A stretch of DNA of 63,191 nt, counting the filler, from Reclinomonas americana ATCC 50394 (Eukaryota), in assembly GCA_048213135.1 (NCBI GenBank). It is 12 parts of 12 records of this genome, joined end to end, with 100 filler letters (N's around TTAATTAATTAA, not from the genome) between each part and the next. Parts side by side here need not be neighbours in the genome. Positions count along the whole stretch, not along the records: positions 12,131 to 19,956 come from AFZH01017379.1; positions 20,057 to 21,846 come from AFZH01017382.1; positions 21,947 to 26,382 come from AFZH01017383.1; 9 more parts are not named here. One strand, given 5' to 3'. Made by a program: the position numbers and the translations under genes. Below are positions 12,701-25,222 of this stretch, one piece after another. The notes under the pieces are model-generated. The model was not told the DNA's origin and searched no databases. It was given only the letters and a program-made list of their open reading frames with translations. The first letter of the stretch is position 1. The number at the start of each line of letters is the position of its first letter.

Positions 12701-15700
12701 CCGCTCCTCGTTCAGTTGCTTGTCGCGGTCGCGCAGACTCTTGCGCAGTTCGTCGTACACTGCATGCGCACGAGGGATGGTGAGGCTGCATATCACAAGG
12801 CTGCAGATGGACGATACACACACACACCATCGTCGCGGCTCGACATGCGGCTGCGTCTCCTCGCAATGTCATCCAAGTCACGCTTCCGCTGCTCAATCTC
12901 CAACTCCTTGCGATCAATGCTGGCCTTGGCAACTTCCAGCTCGCCCAGCAGGCGATCGCGCTCCCCAGTCAGCTCGTGTATCTGTGAGACGAAATCAGCT
13001 CGGCTGTGCGCGTGTGATTTCACGCAGGCCACACACCCTCTCCTTCGCGGCCTCCAGGTCTTTCGACATGTTGTCGATGCGTCGGCGGTATCTCGCGCGC
13101 ACCTCGTCAACCTTTCGCTCTTCGCTGGCACTCGAACGGCGGGCGGCGCCGACGGCCACTTCGTCGCGGTATGCTTTTTCAAGCACCTCGACTTCGTGTC
13201 GCAGTGAGCGCAGTTCCTTTTGGTACGGGCGCAAAATCTGCTCGGTAAAAAAACACGTGAACACAGCAGCCTTTGGCACTTGCATCCTCACACAAACGGC
13301 GCTCACCTCCTCCTTTGCAACCTCCTTTAGTAAATCCTTCTCCTTGAGGGCAGCAGCGAGGCTGTTCTCGTACTCTGCACGCGCCGATGTCAAGAGGTGC
13401 TCTGTTCGTGCATCGCATCACAAGTCAGTGAGTCGTCCGAATGGTAACACGCAGGTGTCTTCACCGACGCACCGAATTCCGTGCGCTCGGCAGCCGCACG
13501 CTTGTAGCGTCTCTTTGCGCTCTCCAATTCCTCCCGCAGTTTCTCGAGTTCCTGCTGAAGGATCTGATTGTTGCGCTCCATGGCCGTCAGTTGTCGCTGC
13601 ACGTGTCGGTGAGCAAACGAAAACACTTGCTTCTTTCGCCAGACGAAAACCACAGTCACCTGACTGGTATGCTCGGCCTGCTGTGCTCGGAGTGTCGACT
13701 TGACGGCCTCCTCGAACTTGACCAGCACAGTGCCAAACTGTGTGCTGCGTGGCCTCCTCAGACCGTCCTGTGCAACGCCGAGCGGCAACGGTGAGTGATC
13801 CACTTGGCGACACACCGCAACAAAAAATACAACACGCAAACACACCTGCACGTCTCGCGAGAGATTGAGAATGGAGGCAATGCGCAAGAGCGACTTGCTG
13901 CACTCGTCCACGCGAGTGCTCATGCGTGTGAGCTCCGACTCGTCTTCACTGTCCTTGGCCAGCTCGTTGGTGAGGCGACGGACTCGTCCCTCGAGTGTTT
14001 TTCTTGCCGTCTCCGTGCTCTCCAGTTGCTCACGAGTCTCCGCCTGTGTCCATTACACACTTGCGTGAGTGGCAACATTGCATGCAACACTTGCCAATGT
14101 TCATCTCCGTCCTCACCAGCAACCTCTTGGCGTTGCTCAGCTCGCTCTGCATCGCCTCCATTCCCACAGAACGCGACGCCAGTTCCCTGGTGATTTTCTC
14201 CTGATCGCGTCCAAAGTGGTGCAGCGCCCGCGTTACAGTCTGCTTGGCGTCCGACGCGATGGCTCGCAGCGATGCGACTTCGGCACGAACTGTGGTCGCC
14301 AGCTGCACAAACAAACAAACAAACATCCACCGGTTTTAGGAGAACTGCGGATCAATTCTTGTCATTTGAGCATGTGTAACTAACCCGAGATCGGAGTGCC
14401 TTGGACTTGTGGTCCAACAGCCGACACTTGGTCTCCTGCACATGCTCATGAGTTACAGCTTCCACAAAGGAGACAGTCCCGTCGACTGCCACTCGCTCAC
14501 CAGCTGGTCACGCATGCCGCGTTCACGCTGGAGCTGGTTCTCCAAGTCGGCGACACGGTCGTCAGACTGCGCAGCGTGGTCTCTTGCACTGCGCATAATG
14601 GAGGATGAGCTGCGCCCGCCGTCGCCTTCGCCAGCAGACCGAACTTGACGGATCTCGCGTTCCAATTCCACCACGCGGTCTACGAATGGCGCACAGGAAA
14701 TCAGATGGAGTGCATGCCAGTGACCACTCTGGACGATGATTCATTGACTCGTGCCAGCTAATTATCACCAAGATGTGCCACTGGCACCTTTGTTACTGTG
14801 CAACTCCTTTAGCCTATTGTATGCGGCCTCGATCTGACGGCGTGCCTCCCGTTCTTCTGATAGGACACCTGCCACACACGGCAGAACACAACGACAATCA
14901 ACAACCAGCACGAGAAGAGCAAGGCGGTGCACATTCATCTCTTGCTTACTGTCTGTCTCCACAGCATGCCTCTTCTATAGTTCCCCCTCTGTTTCTCCCC
15001 TCTCCTGCTACGTGTGCTGGTATACTTCCCACATTCACCACCATCGGCCACCACGCACCTTTTAGTCTGCTAATGTTGCGACCGGCCTCGTCCAGGTGTG
15101 TCACTAGCAACTGTCGATTGCGCTCATAGTCCGACAGCTTTTGCTGACTCTCCGTCTCCGACTTTCTCAACTCCACATTGGCCTCGCGCTCGGCAGTCAA
15201 TCGAGCCTCCAAGGCGACCACCTGCGCCAGACAACAAACGGCGTCGATTTGAGATTGTAAAACATACCGAGTGCCATTCACGCGCACACGCAACTCCATC
15301 GCGCAATTGCTGAATCGTGGCCGCAAACTCGTCGTTCTTCCGCTCCTCGGTGGCGCGCAACTGCTCGCGACTCTCCTGCTCGTATCTCTCCAGCAGTTGC
15401 TTGGTCTCATTGAAGAATCGCTGCTCCAGCTCACGAATCTTGCGCTCGTGCGCCTCCTGCGTGATGGTGCCTCGTGTCACTGCCGACAGTCGGTCCTCAA
15501 ACTCGTTGCGAATGCGACTGGTCTCCACGTGCGACAACTGCTGCTGCATGCTGGCAAACGAATTGCGTTCGTGCAGCACGCGCTCTTTTTCTCTGCACGC
15601 GCAAGAGTGAGCAAGATACTCACACAAGGCGCAACAAAGCGACACTCAACTGCTTCTCCGTCCACAACTGCGTCTCCAGCAGCGCCACTCGTTCCTCGTA

Positions 15701-17237
15701 TGTGCTACGCACACGGTCTTCCAGCTCTTTTGTTTTCTCCACCATCATTTGCTGTGGGCGGGAGTGGTGAGTGAAGAATGTGGGCGCGTGAGATCACCGC
15801 AACTCGCACCTTGACTGCCTCCGACACACGTTGTTCCTTGCTGAGCTCCTCCGTCACCTGCGCCTTGCTCTGTCGCTCTTGTTGCAAGATCGACGTCAAG
15901 TCGGCCACCTCCGCCTCGCGCGTCTGCAACTGTGAGCGGTACTTGGACAGCTTGTTCTGTAACACCCCCGACAACAAATGTACAAGTGAGAGGCGAAGAA
16001 GAAAGACAGACGAGTACAACGAGGCGTTGCAGCTTGGTGCCTGACCTTGAGCTGATTGATGAGATCTGCGTGCTGCTCGGCAGTGGCGCGATTTTCTTCG
16101 GCCTCCTGCTTGTAGAACTGGAGGAAGCGCGAAAAGAAGTCCTTGATCGACGAGCGATAGGCCGCGGCGGATTCCACCATGCCAGGCTCGGCGCACAGAA
16201 TCAGAGTGTCGAACAGGGAGTGCCCATTGTCGCCAAACAGTTGGTCCACCATTTGCTCATAGTGCCAGTCGGCGTCCACGCTACCACCGTCAATGTTGAG
16301 CGTGCCCTCCATCTGTGTGTGCAGAGAGAGTCAACGAGATGGTCACTTCTTCTTCTTCTACTTCTTCCTCCCTCTCTCGGTGCTACCTTGGCAAATGCAC
16401 GGTCGATGGTTCCACGAGCCTCGTCGGCCTCGCGCTCCATCTGAGCGGCCTGTGACTTGAGCTCCTTGCGAAGTCGCCGATAGTCGTGCTGTGAGGCCTC
16501 GATCTTTGCCAGCTTCTTGCGCAGCTGAGCCTCCTCCTCCTCGTGCTCCTGCAGCGAACGTCGCATCTTATCCATGGACTTGCGCTCTCTGCACACTCAC
16601 GTGTGAGTCCGGGTAGTCGCCACACGCATCAGCCGCACACAAACTCTCAACTTGTTCAGCAGTGACTCCAGTTCAAAAATGCGCTCCTCTGCCTCTGGCA
16701 CGGAACGCGCTGCCGATTCTGCCTGCTCTCGCACGCGGCGTGTGGTGGCCTCGTGCGCATTCAGACGCGAGTTGAGTGCGGCCAGTTCGTGTTTCAGATT
16801 GAGATTCGTTCGCTCCAACGCAGAGATCTCCTGTTCACGAGTCGCCACCACCAACATCAATCGCTCGCACTCCGCCTCGGCCTCCGACGCCAGCGCTGTG
16901 TCAATAATCTCAAACACTCGCTCCTGACGTCGTCGACACAAAATCAGTGAATGTGACAACACGACGGCGAGGGAAAGAGACGCACCGTCATCTGCGGTGC
17001 CGTCTCGACATCACGTCCCAGCGTGCGCAACAGCTCGTCGTCACGAATCGCCTCAAACACCGACGACATATCCTGCCAAACACAGGTGAGGGTCCACCGC
17101 ACTTACACGACAACAGGGGAGTGTTTTGTGCTGCCCACCTGTACAGCCGACTTTAGCCGCAGCGCAAACTGCGATCGCAGTGTGCTCATCACATCAGTGG
17201 AGCCCGACGACACCCCCGACGGGCCCAGCCGCGACAT
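9728..17237 (-). CDS. Very large coiled-coil protein with Ser/Arg-rich disordered C-terminal half
   Basis: About 20 GT-AG-bounded exons encode continuous heptad-like E/Q/R/L sequence from MSRLGPSG (17237); Ser/Arg-rich exons 9728-12420; spans linker 12031-12130. Confidence 0.7.
11250..12000 (-). repeat. Coding repeat array, about 13 copies of SP(R/G)RE(R/H/A)S(S/A)xS
   Basis: Visible in ORF 10318..12030 (-): SPRRERSSSSL, SPRREHSSAS etc., with synonymous divergence at DNA level. Confidence 0.85.
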
Positions 17238-17330
17238 CTTCTCTCGCCTCTGTCGCGAAAATCGATTGCCAACGGTCTACATGGCTCGCGAGCGCACATC
17301 TGTCCCCTACAAGTTTTTTTTTCGCACAGA

Positions 17331-20197
17331 ATGACCGAGCCAGAACCTCTTGAACTCTCCACCGTGATCGGCTTTGCGGGCACTGTGCCTGCTGGACTGC
17401 GTCTGCATCCTGGTGCGTCTATGCTTCTCTCTCTCACACCCACACTGCGTGTGTGTGTGTGTGTGTGTGCGTTGCGATTTGAGTGTGACGCATCAGCGTC
17501 CGTTGAGAGACCTGTTTGGCCGTTGATGACAATGTCATCTTCTTGTGCTTGTCTCCCGTGCTCTCTGTGCCTGCGTGTGTATGTGCATGCGTGAGTGATA
17601 AGATGGAGAGGAGACTGCACGCTGCGAGTGCGTGCAACAATGGAGGGCTGACGTTGTTTGTTGTTGGCTGGGTGCAGATGGCCAGCATCTTATCTACCCT
17701 CTCGGCTCCACTCTTGTCGTGCGCAGGTGTGTGCGCGCATACGCACAAGTGCACCCCTCTCTCTATGTGTAGGGTCCGCTCACATCAATTTCGTTTCGTG
17801 CTAAGCGTGAGCGACCCGACGCACAAGGAGTTTCTGAGCGGCCACACCGACAAGATCATGTCGGTGGCCGTGTCCAAGTCCGGCCGCTACGTGGCCACTG
17901 GTCAGCGCACTCACATGGGTTACCAGGTGCGAGTGCGCACCCAATCGCACAGCAGCAGCATGCGCAGGCACTGACTTGTTTGCATTGCAGGCTGACTTGA
18001 TCATCTGGGACTTTGAGAGCCGAAGCATCATGCACCGTCTGATTCTGCACAAGGTGGTGGTGCAGGCGCTGTCGTTCTCCCCCGATGAGCAGTTCCTGGC
18101 CTCGGTCGGCGGTCAGGACGATGGGCAGCTGGTCGTGTGGGATGTGGTGCGTCACTCGCTCGCCGGAACTTCTGCATCGCATGGCATCGCATCGCGTTGA
18201 CCCTCTTTGTTTGCAGCTGGAGGGTCGTGCTCTGTGCGGCGCTGTGGCGGCCAATGATACCACCAACGACGTGAGCTTCTTCAACACGCGCAGCGACATG
18301 CTGGTGACCGCCGGTAGTTACAACATTCGTGTGTGGGAGATCGACATGGAGACGCGAAAGCTGCGACCGACCGACGCTGCACTGGGTGGCTTGAGACGAA
18401 TTGTACGTCGGCTTTTCTCTCTCTCTCTCTCTTGCTTTGCCTGCTCACTTGTGTGTGCGTGCGCGCGCGTCGCAGGTCAAGTGTGTGCTGGTGGACTCCA
18501 CCGACGACTACGCCTACTGTGGCACCAACTCGGGAGATGTGTTGCAGATCCAGCTGCGTGGGCCGAAGAACCTCAAGAACAGCGCACCGCAGCGGAAGAA
18601 GTTCCAGCTCGGCGTCTGCTCGCTGTCCCTCTCACCGACGGGCGAGTTGGCGATTGGTGCCGGCGACGGCACGATTGCACTGCTCAACACCGAGTCCTTC
18701 CGCATCGGCAGCACTACGCAGGTGATGGGCGCCGTCACCTCGGTGGCCTTCCACCCCGACGGCTACTTCTTTGTCGGCACCAGCACCTCCACCATCTACA
18801 CTGTGAGCGGTGGAGATCTCACCGCCAGCCCGTTCGCCACTTGCCACTACGAGAAGATCAACGACATTGCCTTCCCACCGTTTCGTGCACGCCGCCACTG
18901 CTGTCACTCACGACGTGATTGTGCGATCAACGCTCACTGCGCGCCGTGCAAAACAGAAACTATTCGGGAGTGTTTGCCACGTGCTCCATTGGTGACGTGC
19001 GTCTGTGGAACTCGCTGAGTGGAGAAGAGCTGCTGCGCATCCAGGTGCCGAATGTGGAGTGCAACTGTGTCACCTTCAGCGTCGACGGCAAGGCCGTCAT
19101 TTCTGGTTTGTACACCACACTTCCAGTTTGCACGCACACGCACATGAACTGTGTGTCGGCTCACCAAACCGCTTGTTGTAGGTTGGAGCGACGGCAAGAT
19201 CCGTGCGTTCGGCCCCAAGAGCGGCAAGCTGTTGTACACGATCAACGACGCGCACAGGATCATGGGTCAGAAGCGCATCTCTGGCAACTCGGTTGGTGTG
19301 ACCGCCATTGCCGTCTGCAACGACGGTGCGCGCATCGTCAGCGGTGGTTCGGATCACCAGGTCCGCGTGTGGCGCATTGGAGCCGGCTCACAAACAATGT
19401 TGGCGTCGCTGAATCAGCACAAGGGTGAGTGTTTACTTCCTCGGTGGCGCTAATGGGGCACGACCACCATCTCATTGTCGTGTCACACAGCCACTGTGAA
19501 TGCCATTCGCGTGCGCCGTGACGATTCGGAAGCTGTGTCGGCATCAGACGATGGATCATGCATTGTGTGGGATCTGGCACGATATGTGCGCGCCAACATC
19601 TTCAACGAGCACACGTACTTCAGAGATGGTGCGTGGCGGTGCCCACATTATGTGTATGTATCTCAGTGACTCAACTCTGTCATTATAGTGTGCTACCTGC
19701 CCGACGAGAGCCAGCTGATCACGGCCGGTACCGACAAGAAGGTTGTCTACTGGGACAGCACCGACTGCAGCCCGATCCGTGAGCTGGAGGCGGCCACGGG
19801 CGAGCTCATGACGTGCGACGTCTCATCGTCAGGGCACTACTTTGCCTCTGGTGGCAACGACTCGCGTGCGAAGGTTTGCTGACCACGCCGCACAACCCCG
19901 GCGTATGCAGTAGTAACTCACTCTGTCTCTCTCTCTCTCTCTCTGTGTTGTTGCGCNNNNNNNNNNNNNNNNNNNNNNNNNNNNNNNNNNNNNNNNNNNN
20001 TTAATTAATTAANNNNNNNNNNNNNNNNNNNNNNNNNNNNNNNNNNNNNNNNNNNNAAGCATCATTCCCAGTGATTTCTTTCGGATGGCTGTCTAACCTC
20101 TCTCTCCTCTCCTCTCCTCTCTCCTTTCCCCATGCACAGCACTGCCAAGCGCGGCGCTCCCGCTGCTGAGGAAGCCAACGATGATGAGGACAACTAA
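17331..20197 (+). CDS. CFAP52: Cilia- and flagella-associated protein 52 (WDR16), WD40 repeats
   Basis: LELSTVIGFAGTVPAGLRLHPDG.HLIYPLG; FLSGHTD; YVATGQRTHMGYQADLIIWD; LHKVVVQALSFSPDEQFLASVGGQDDG; ISGWSDGKIRAFGPKSGKLLYTINDAH. The 3' end lies past linker 19957-20056 and is uncertain. Confidence 0.95.
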
Positions 20198-20372
20198 GCC
20201 TGTGTAGTTCTGCTTGTCAAGCGCCACTCGGAGGGGGTTGCTTGTGTCTTTGCTGTCGCTGAATTGCTGGCGGTGGTGGAGTGCATGCTTTCTCCTTTGC
20301 TGTGATACCTGTCAATCCAGTGAAACGCGAACCATATCTACACTCCTCCTCCCCCTTTGCTGCCTTGCCTTG

Positions 20373-21659
20373 TCACGCCTGTCGAGCGAGGCGCCGACCA
20401 GACTCGAGATCTGGACTGGCGGGAGGTGAGCGGGAGGCCGCCACGGCGACGGCAGTAGCGGACCGCAGGTTCTTCTTCTTTCTCTTCTTGTTCGAGTGCC
20501 CCGTCGTGGCCTTGCGGTGAGGCTCCGGATTGCGTGGCAGTCGGAATATGTGCGGCTCCATGTCCTCCTCCGGCTGCTCATCGCCATCTTCGTCCCGATC
20601 ACCCGCCGCGATCTTGCTGTCGATCAGACGTCGCCGACTGGGTGCCTTGTCCAGCGCGCCTCGATCGAACGTGACGCCGCCCGATGCCGAGGCTGGCGAC
20701 CGACGCAGTCGTCGCAAGCGGCAGCACCGAACGACATCGGTGACGACGGTCCACAAGACGTGCACGCCGACCATTGCAAAGTTGAGGATGAGGAACATGC
20801 TGACGGGATCGCTCGACACGGTCAGCCAGCGATTGTAGGTCCACTGGCCACCGATGCACATGCGGCCGTCGACAGCATCGGCCGTGCCCTCGACGCACAG
20901 CACACACCGATGCTGAATGCAGCGCAGACCCGGACCGCACCAGCCGGAGCTCGTGTCGAAGCCTACATGGGGAGCAGAAGTGAGTACAGGCACCACGCAT
21001 GCTGTGTGCAAGTGTGTGGACCTTGCTCGTAGGGGCACGACTGGCCAAACAGCGGCGACGACAGCGCACTCTGGCACTCGCCGATATCGGTGCAGTAATC
21101 GTTGATGCCACACACACGACCCGAGTCCTCCACGCCACTCGTGCCCGGGATGCACACACCGCACTACGAGAAGAATAATATGAGAGACGGCGCGGATGGA
21201 TGTCGTTTTCGCCACTCACGCACCCGCAAGTCCGACGCCAAGCCATCGCGCTCAAAGGGCACCCGATCGCGTGCACACCCGCGGTTGCTGCTCTCCGCCG
21301 CCGCAATGCGCACCCGTGCACGCTCCGAAGGACCAGCACAGAGTCCGCTGGCCGGCATCGTGCCGCCAGTGGCCACCACGCACGTTGTCGTGGCCGCCTG
21401 TGTCGTGATACGGTCGGATGAGGGAAGAAGCATCAATCGCCAAAAAAAGAAAAAGTACACTCACCGGTGTTGTCGTTGGTGTTGTCGAGTTGGTTCCACG
21501 AGCAGCGACCTCGCTCACCGTCGTGGCTCCGATCCAGGCATCGACCGCACGATCGCGATACCCCACACCCGCAGCATGCGCATGCAGCACGACATGATCG
21601 TGCGCCACCAGCAGCCGGATCAGAAGCACACATGCAACGGCCAGTGCGCGTGACTGCAT
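20373..21659 (-). CDS. Cys-rich single-pass membrane protein of unknown function
   Basis: Signal-like N-terminus MQSRALAVACVLLIRLLV; extracellular CGVCIPG…CGINDYC…GEC…CPYE…WCGPGLRCIQHRCVLC; TM MFLILNFAMVGVHVLW; basic cytoplasmic tail. Confidence 0.65.
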
Positions 21660-21946
21660 CGCCAACAAGAGTCTTTGTGGCAAGAGCAGTTGTCGAGCAC
21701 GAAGACGACGTCCGGTTTTCGCGCACTTTCTCTCATCGCCGGCGGCGACGACGACGAGATAACGATCTCGGCATCGCGCAAGGCAAGCACGCACGCAAGG
21801 TGCACCCACACGCACACGAGAGAAGGAGAAGAGCTGAGAAGGAGGANNNNNNNNNNNNNNNNNNNNNNNNNNNNNNNNNNNNNNNNNNNNTTAATTAATT
21901 AANNNNNNNNNNNNNNNNNNNNNNNNNNNNNNNNNNNNNNNNNNNN

Positions 21947-24900
21947 CCTTCGTCGTCGGTCCCGAAGGACGTTGCTGTTTTCGGAGGATCGCATGGAGCA
22001 ACGCGTCTTCGAGGCCGCTCAGCGACAACTGCGCTGGTCGGCCACTCACACGCGATACACAGCGGTGCTTGACCAGTGGAAGACGGTCACCTACAAAGGC
22101 CGCGGCCTGCGCACTGATGATGTGGGGATATCCTTTTTGTTGTCGCTGTTCTTGTTGCTGGAAAGACCAGCAGTCTTCCTCCGTACACCAAGGAGCTTCC
22201 TTGACTCGTAACTTTTGCTTTCGTGTTGTTGTTGTTGTTGTTGTTTGTTTGTGCGTGTGTGGTGTGTGCGCGCGTGATCGTGCGATGCTCGTGTTATTCC
22301 TCTTTGCGCGCTCTCGCCCCTCTCTTCTCTGTTATGTTTGTGCTTTGTTTCCTCGCGCACGCCATTCAGACCAGTGAGCCGCTTTCGTCGCATTCCGTTG
22401 TGGCATACTTCGAGGTGGAGGTTGTTGACGCAGGTCGCAAAGGGTAAGTCTCTCCTCTCCTCGCCTTTTCCTCTCTATGTGTGTGCGTGTTAGGTTACAG
22501 AACAGGCACTGATGTGTGTGCGTCTGGTGCAGTACCATGTGCGTGGGAGTGTCGAGCCTCGACTTCCACTTGTCGCGGCAAGTGGGGCACGACAAGTTGC
22601 GCGTGGTCTCCCTCTCACTCTCTTTTGTGAGCGTGTGTGTGCTGGTGAGGCATTGTGCTCACTGCGGATGGACCACAGCTCGTACGGGTACTCGGGTGAA
22701 GATGGAACCAAGTGTCATCAAGCGGGGTGAGCAGCACCGCCGAAGAGGGAGATGAGTGAGATGAAAGGATCTCTCATCACTTCTGTTTACATAGTGCTGG
22801 TGAGCCGTATGGTCCTGCGTACTCGACGGGAGCTGTGATTGGGTGTGGAGTGTGCTTTCCGTTCCAGTTCATCTTCTTCACCAAGAATGGAGAGTTTCTC
22901 GGTGCGTTCGTCGTCTCTGGGCCGTGATGTTTCTGCATCTGCTGCTTCTTGCTGATTGCACGCGTTCCCCGCAGACATTGCCTTTGAGAATGTCAATCTG
23001 AGCGAGCCACTCTTCCCCACCGTCAGCATGCACAGTCGAGGCGAGCAGCTGCGGCTACCCAACAACCTCGTGTTCGACATTGAGTCGTTTGCTGCTGTTG
23101 CGTACGTCTTCCCTGCCTCACTATGTGAAGGACGTACTCACCGTGCTGTTGCCGTAGGATGTGAATGACCGCGTGTGGGCGTCAGCGCTGCGGGAGTCGC
23201 TGGTACCGCCAGCCTTGTCGTTGGAGTCGGGCAGCAGCGGCATGGACGTTGGTGGGTCCCCATATTCTTCTCTCTGCCCGTGTTCTGCCTGCATGCACCC
23301 ATCACTGACACTGCAGAAGAGACTCCGCGGTCACCGTCGGCGGGAAAGAATGAGGAGGCAACCATTTTGCGTGAGATGGTCGAAGAGTACCTTCTCCACA
23401 TGGTGCTGTCCCCTCCACACACGTTCTCCAACGCACACACACAGCCCATGTCGCTCACCTCACACTCGGGTGCGCGCAGGGCTTTGCGGGAACCTACGAG
23501 ACACTGACGCGTCGTGCACTGTCGCCGACCGCGCCTTCGTCGTCACGATCCGCCGCCGCTGCTGCCGCCGGCGCCGGGTCCAATGGCGTGCATCCACCGT
23601 CACCGATTCCGCTGACCGGCCTGTCGTACACTGCGGCACTAGAGTCCACACTTCTGTTTAGAAAGCGTGAGTGCGCGTGCGAGGAGCGTTACCCTTTCAC
23701 TTGTGTGTGCTGACCTCGGTGCAGGTATTCGTGAGTTGGTGATGGCGGGGGAGCTGCAGTTGGTGGAACGCGAATGCTCGTGCGTACTACCGGGCCTGAT
23801 GGAGAGCAATGCGATCCTGATTTCGCCGGCGACCCCACTGCGCGCAATCTTGCGGTGTCAGCGAGTTCGTACACACATCGTCGCAATGCGGAGGGAATCG
23901 TCATGTGGACAACTCACACGCGCCGCTCCGTCGCTTGACATGGCATGCAGTTTGTCGATCTGTTTGTACGTGGCGATGCGTTGGAGGCCATTCGGTATGC
24001 GGCGGCCCATTTGCAATCTGTGATTCGGAATCCGGTGGTGCAAGTTGCGTGTTGACCACAACTGTGTGTCGTCTTGTGACAGCATCAACTCACACACACG
24101 GTGGTGTGATTTGCGCAGGAGACGCTCGGTCTGCTGGCGTACACCGATGCGGCGCGCAGCCCGCTGGCCCACCTATTGAAGCCAGAACGGAGAAGTCACT
24201 TGGCCGATCTAATCAACGACACCACCCTCGGTACGAGAAACAGAGTCGTCTGACTGACTTGCTTGTTGTTGTACTCACCAAATAATTCCTGTAATGGCAC
24301 TCGCAGTCTACCTGCACAACCATGCAGGTCGCGGTCGGGCCATTCGTGCACGAGACTCATCGCCCGTCGAACTCGACATTGAGCAGATGATTGTGGATCA
24401 CGATGGAGTGCATCCACCTCACAAGTTGCGCGACATGAACAAGAAGAATAAGTCATGACTCGTTGTATCTCACACGCACGCACGCAAGGCTCTATGCCGA
24501 CGCTTCCGGCGTGTGTCGTCCACAGGCCAGTGCGGCTGGCGACGGTGCGTCGCATGTCAATGGACGCGCGCACCCCGTACCAGTTCCCTCGCCACACAAC
24601 GGTTCGGCTGCATCGTCGGCCTCGTCGGCCGACCACCACGGCGCCAGCCACAGTCCGGAGTCCGAGCGGTTCTTGGTCGGCAGTCAGGCGTGTTTCTTTC
24701 CGTCGCTTGTTGTATTTCCGTCGCCGCTGCTCATCGTGTCGCTCCTTTGCAGCATGATATGGAGGGTGCCGTGGACGAATCATCGGTGGCACTCATGGTC
24801 GACGGAATCGTGGACGGTTTCTGCGAAGACATGGAGAACGGCGAATCGTCCACACGCGGCGGCCGACATACAGGACCCACGCCAGCGGCACAATACTTGT

Positions 24901-25118
24901 CGGTGTGCTCACGGCTGGAGATGGCCACGCGGCAGCTGGTCACCACGCATCACTACCTGAGCGAGTCGTACCAGCACCGCGGTCGCGAGTTCTCCCTGTC
25001 GGGTGTTCCCCTGCTGCACTTGTCTCCGCTACGAACTGCACCACCGCAGCCACCTCCTCCACCACCGCCAGCAGCAGCAGCAACAGTAGTACCGCGCCAT
25101 GCCAACGGCGGCACGTGA
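21947..25118 (+). CDS. RANBP9: RanBPM-like CTLH complex subunit (SPRY-LisH-CTLH-CRA), 5' end in gap
   Basis: SPRY: YFEVEVVDAG, SYGYSGEDG, YGPAYSTGAVIGCG, FFTKNGEFL, LFPTVSMHS; LisH: LREMVEEYLLHMG; CRA: LLAY…SPLAHLL…DLIN, LEMATRQL. Confidence 0.85.
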
Positions 25119-25222
25119 GCCTCTCTGTGAAATATAAAGGCACGCCGTGTACATTCGTGTATCAGGAATATCGAACGTTGATTGGTGCGGAATCAAGCAG
25201 GCGTTTTTCTTGAATCTGTGCA

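Noticed and set aside
14377..14390. CTAACCC as a telomerase RNA template
   Set aside because: Only 7 nt complementary to TTAGGG repeats, antisense within an intron, no promoter or terminator evidence.
14360..14480. HDV-like, twister or hammerhead ribozyme
   Set aside because: Helix order partly resembles HDV but the L3/P1.1 and J4/2 consensus is missing; no CUGAUGA/GAAA core or twister loop.
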